Assembly (NCBI GenBank): GCA_018061745.1
Contig: JAGOTN010000001.1
Span: 1 to 36,018, forward strand
From: Minisyncoccota bacterium
GTDB taxonomy: Bacteria; Patescibacteriota; Minisyncoccia; Phycocordibacterales; JAACPR01
DNA: 36,018 nt
Direction: 5' to 3'
Shown here: piece by piece, positions 33,841-36,018 of the stretch
Numbering within the stretch: the first letter of the stretch is position 1
Layout: each line of letters starts with the position of its first letter
Program-made: the position numbers and the translations under genes
The notes under the pieces: model-generated
Databases searched by the model: none
Seen by the model: the letters and a program-made list of their open reading frames with translations, nothing else
Told to the model about the DNA's origin: nothing

Positions 33841-35001
33841 ATGAAAATTTCAAAAAATAAGTTAAATAAAGTCGCTAAAATTACTTTAATAATTGGAATA
33901 CTATTTTTTCCTGCAGATATTTTTGCAATGAAAATAAATGAGATCATGTACGATGTTTCTGGAACAGATACTGGTAGGGAATGGATTGAAATTTATAATG
34001 ATACAAGTGCAGATGTCGATTTTTCAGGTTGGAAAATCTTAGAAAGCGCTGTAAATCATACTGTGAAATTGATTCTTGGAAATTCAATTATTCCTGCAGG
34101 TGGTTATGCAATTATTGCCGACAATGATCAGAATTTCTTAGCAGATAACCCTACTTTTTCGGGAATTCTTTTTGATAGTGTTTTTAGTCTTACAAACACA
34201 GGTGAAACGTTGGCTTTAATAAATTCATCTGGTACAAAGATAAATGAAATAAACTACACAGATTCTCTTGGAGCTAAAGGTGATGGAAACTCTCTCCAGC
34301 TACACGAAGGCTTTTTATTAAGCGCTATTCCGACTATTTCAGCTAAAAATAATACGGAATCAAGTACACCACAAAAACTTGAATCAAATGCCACTACAAG
34401 CCAAAATACCAGTGTCATTACCATCTCTTCTCACTCATCACCAGCTTCAATAGTTGAAGTAAAAGAAGTTCCTGGATTTGAAATTTCAATTGGCAGAGAA
34501 AGACTAGCTAGTATAAAAACACCTGTAATTTTTGAAGCGAAAACAATTGAAAAATATGGCTTAAATAGAATTAAATATCTTTGGAATTTTGGTGATGGAA
34601 ATCAAGAAAGAAACAAGAAGGTAGAACATTATTATAAAAATGAAGGTTTATATAATGTAGTTTTAAATGCTGTTTCGGGGATAAACCATGCGGTCGCTAG
34701 AACTATTGTTCATGTTAAAAAACCAAATATAGCCCTAGAAATAAAAGAAAATGGTATTGAATTAAATAATTTGGATATAAATGAATTAAATGTAGGTCTA
34801 TGGAAGCTAAAATCTGAAGATCAAAACATTGAGTTTACTTTTCCGTTGGACACAATTATAGGTCCTAATACAAAAATTACCTTTGATAAAGAATTATTTA
34901 TCGAGGAAGGTGATTTGTGGAATTACGAAAATCAATCTGTAAATCTATTTTTCCCAACAGGTGATTTAGCGACGAAAACTTCTGCTATAATAAATGAGTA
35001 A
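33841..35001 (+). CDS. Secreted lamin-tail-domain (LTD) plus PKD-domain protein
   Basis: The signal anchor is KITLIIGILFFPADIFA. The LTD pattern is INEIMYDVSGTDTGREWIEIYN...GWKI...SLTNTGETLALINSSG, and the PKD pattern is WNFGDGN...HYYKNEGLYNVVLNA. The start is taken at ATG 33841. Confidence 0.75.
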   Translation: MKISKNKLNKVAKITLIIGILFFPADIFAMKINEIMYDVSGTDTGREWIEIYNDTSADVDFSGWKILESAVNHTVKLILGNSIIPAGGYAIIADNDQNFLADNPTFSGILFDSVFSLTNTGETLALINSSGTKINEINYTDSLGAKGDGNSLQLHEGFLLSAIPTISAKNNTESSTPQKLESNATTSQNTSVITISSHSSPASIVEVKEVPGFEISIGRERLASIKTPVIFEAKTIEKYGLNRIKYLWNFGDGNQERNKKVEHYYKNEGLYNVVLNAVSGINHAVARTIVHVKKPNIALEIKENGIELNNLDINELNVGLWKLKSEDQNIEFTFPLDTIIGPNTKITFDKELFIEEGDLWNYENQSVNLFFPTGDLATKTSAIINE

Positions 35002-35006
35002 AATTT

Positions 35007-35084
35007 ATGAAAGGAACAGGATTTATTTTAGGATTTATATTATTACTAATTACAAGCTTTATTTTTATAGTTGTTTATAATTAA
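35007..35084 (+). CDS. Possible 25-aa hydrophobic micro-protein (MKGTGFILGFILLLITSFIFIVVYN)
   Basis: A short ATG-to-TAA ORF between two genes on the same strand. The whole peptide is one predicted TM helix. There is no other support. Confidence 0.2.
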   Translation: MKGTGFILGFILLLITSFIFIVVYN

Positions 35085-35091
35085 AATCATC

Positions 35092-35664
35092 ATGGAAGCA
35101 TTAGGAAAATTATTTGGAAGTCTGGCTCGTGTAAAAGTAATGAAACTTTTCCTATTCAACGATGAAGCTGTTTTTGAAAGAAAAGAAGTGGCTAAAAGAT
35201 CTAAAATCTCATCGGCTGTTGCCTTGCATGAGTTAAATCTCCTTACAAAAGCAGGAATTCTTAAGAAGAAAAAACCACAAGGATATATTTTAAATAAAAA
35301 TTTTCCTTTCCTTGATCCAATCCAGAATTTATTGATGCACTCAGCTCCAATGCAGAGCAAAGAAATATCAAAGAGATTATCCGGGATAGGGAAAATAAAA
35401 GCTATTATTGTTTCCGGAATTTTTATTCAAAATCCTGAAAGTCGCTTGGATATTTTGGTTGTGGGTGATGACGTGAGTCCAGGAAGACTTAAAACAGTGA
35501 TTGGTAATATGGAATCTGAAATTGGAAAAGAACTTAGATTTGCGCTTTTAGATACTGCCGACTTTAAATATAGACAAGGCGTTTGCGATAGATTGGTTAG
35601 AGATGTTTTTGAATACCCTCATAAGGTTGTTGTGGATAAAGTGGGGATTGAATATGCTAGGTGA
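35092..35664 (+). CDS. Hypothetical protein: N-terminal winged-helix domain plus a C-terminal nucleotidyltransferase-like region
   Basis: The wHTH-like pattern is RVKVMKLFLFNDEAVFERKEVAKRSKISSAVALHELNLLTKAGIL. The C-terminal ESRLDILVVGDD resembles the minimal NTase GS...D.D signature. The start is taken at ATG 35092. Confidence 0.55.
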   Translation: MEALGKLFGSLARVKVMKLFLFNDEAVFERKEVAKRSKISSAVALHELNLLTKAGILKKKKPQGYILNKNFPFLDPIQNLLMHSAPMQSKEISKRLSGIGKIKAIIVSGIFIQNPESRLDILVVGDDVSPGRLKTVIGNMESEIGKELRFALLDTADFKYRQGVCDRLVRDVFEYPHKVVVDKVGIEYAR

Positions 35665-35723
35665 TACAATAATAATTGGGGTTAAAATTAAATCTTGAAC
35701 CCATTATTAGTATAAAAAATCAC

Positions 35724-36018
35724 ATGAATAGTTTTAATAATCTTGTAGATACACTTTCTATGTCAGCACAAGGAGTTGGAAGTAGCCTTACTTCTGTAGC
35801 TGCGTCAGTATTGATTGCAGTGATTGTGTTTGTTGTAGGATGGTTAGTTGGAGTTTTGATTTCTAGAGTTGTAGAAAAAATAGTAAAAGCAATTAAATTA
35901 GACGGACTTTTAAAAACAGCGGGAGTAGATGATCTTGTTAATAAAATGGGTCTAAAATTAAACTCAGGAAAATTCTTGGGAGAAATTACTCGTTGGTATG
36001 TAGTAGTTGTTGTTTTGA
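35724..36018 (+). CDS. N-terminal fragment of a membrane protein with a conserved-TM-helix repeat (mechanosensitive-channel-associated type); it runs off the window
   Basis: The frame is open from ATG 35724 to the window end. The product is MNSFNNLVDTLSMSAQGVGSSLTSVAASVLIAVIVFVVGWLVGVLISRVVEKIVKAIKLDGLLKTAGVDDLVNKMGLKLNSGKFLGEITRWYVVVVVL. Confidence 0.5.
   Translation, partial: MNSFNNLVDTLSMSAQGVGSSLTSVAASVLIAVIVFVVGWLVGVLISRVVEKIVKAIKLDGLLKTAGVDDLVNKMGLKLNSGKFLGEITRWYVVVVVL

Noticed and set aside
2439-35360. Many antisense or overlapping ORFs in the six-frame track, for example 2439..2678(-), 4151..4438(+), 4989..5201(+), 5448..5897(-), 7821..8213(-), 9545..9995(-), 18437..19008(-), 20092..20391(+), 25919..26179(+), 28661..29263(+), 31640..31927(-) and 35046..35360(-)
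   Set aside because: Each lies inside a confidently identified gene on the opposite strand or in another frame. Their composition is low-complexity or odd, and they carry no motifs. These are typical shadow ORFs of AT-rich DNA.
1-36018. An alternative genetic code (UGA read as a sense codon, as in some CPR-neighbouring lineages)
   Set aside because: Several well-delimited genes end at TGA (for example at 796-798, 25758-25760 and 35662-35664). All conserved proteins are full length under the standard code.
1-36018. A prophage, transposon, integron or known defence island
   Set aside because: I recognised no integrase, transposase, terminase, capsid, restriction-modification, toxin-antitoxin or Cas-like motif. 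The hypothetical genes are single, small and scattered between housekeeping operons.

Overview
This is an AT-rich, gene-dense chromosome segment that uses the standard genetic code (TGA, TAA and TAG all end clear genes) and mostly lacks Shine-Dalgarno sequences. Gene content and order look like a Candidate Phyla Radiation / Patescibacteria (Parcubacteria-like) genome. It holds secE-nusG-rplK and a compact deoxypyrimidine/thymidylate block (dcd, folA, thyA-like, dCMP deaminase, glyA, dut, tmk). It also holds four aminoacyl-tRNA synthetases (argS, ileS, glyQS, metG), recO, rpsF-ssb-rpsR, a minus-strand ftsK-recA-efp run, TatD, an AI-2E permease and several envelope or surface proteins. Small, slightly GC-richer hypothetical genes with their own promoters and GC-rich terminators sit between the core genes. 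I saw no rRNA, tRNA, CRISPR array, transposase, integrase or recognisable defence system. The most interesting signals are these. (1) The ThyA homolog has Asp in place of the invariant uracil-reading Asn (PFN to PFD) and PCH to PCP. This predicts a dCMP-directed C5-methylase, and it sits inside a complete thymidylate gene cluster next to DHFR and a dCMP deaminase. (2) ileS carries a complete histidine-phosphatase (RHG) domain of about 190 codons inserted in its catalytic body. (3) A three-copy palindromic element (exactly 25 bp of perfect, compensated stem around a conserved 34-42 nt core) sits at gene 3' ends, always in the direction of transcription. (4) The 9-mer ATAAAGGAC is densely clustered on one strand, in two reading frames, in and upstream of a winged-helix gene. 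(5) A roughly 385-nt highly structured leader, a riboswitch or ncRNA candidate, precedes an acidic surface protein with a peptidoglycan-binding domain. All functional calls rest on motifs read by eye from the supplied translations; no database search was possible.
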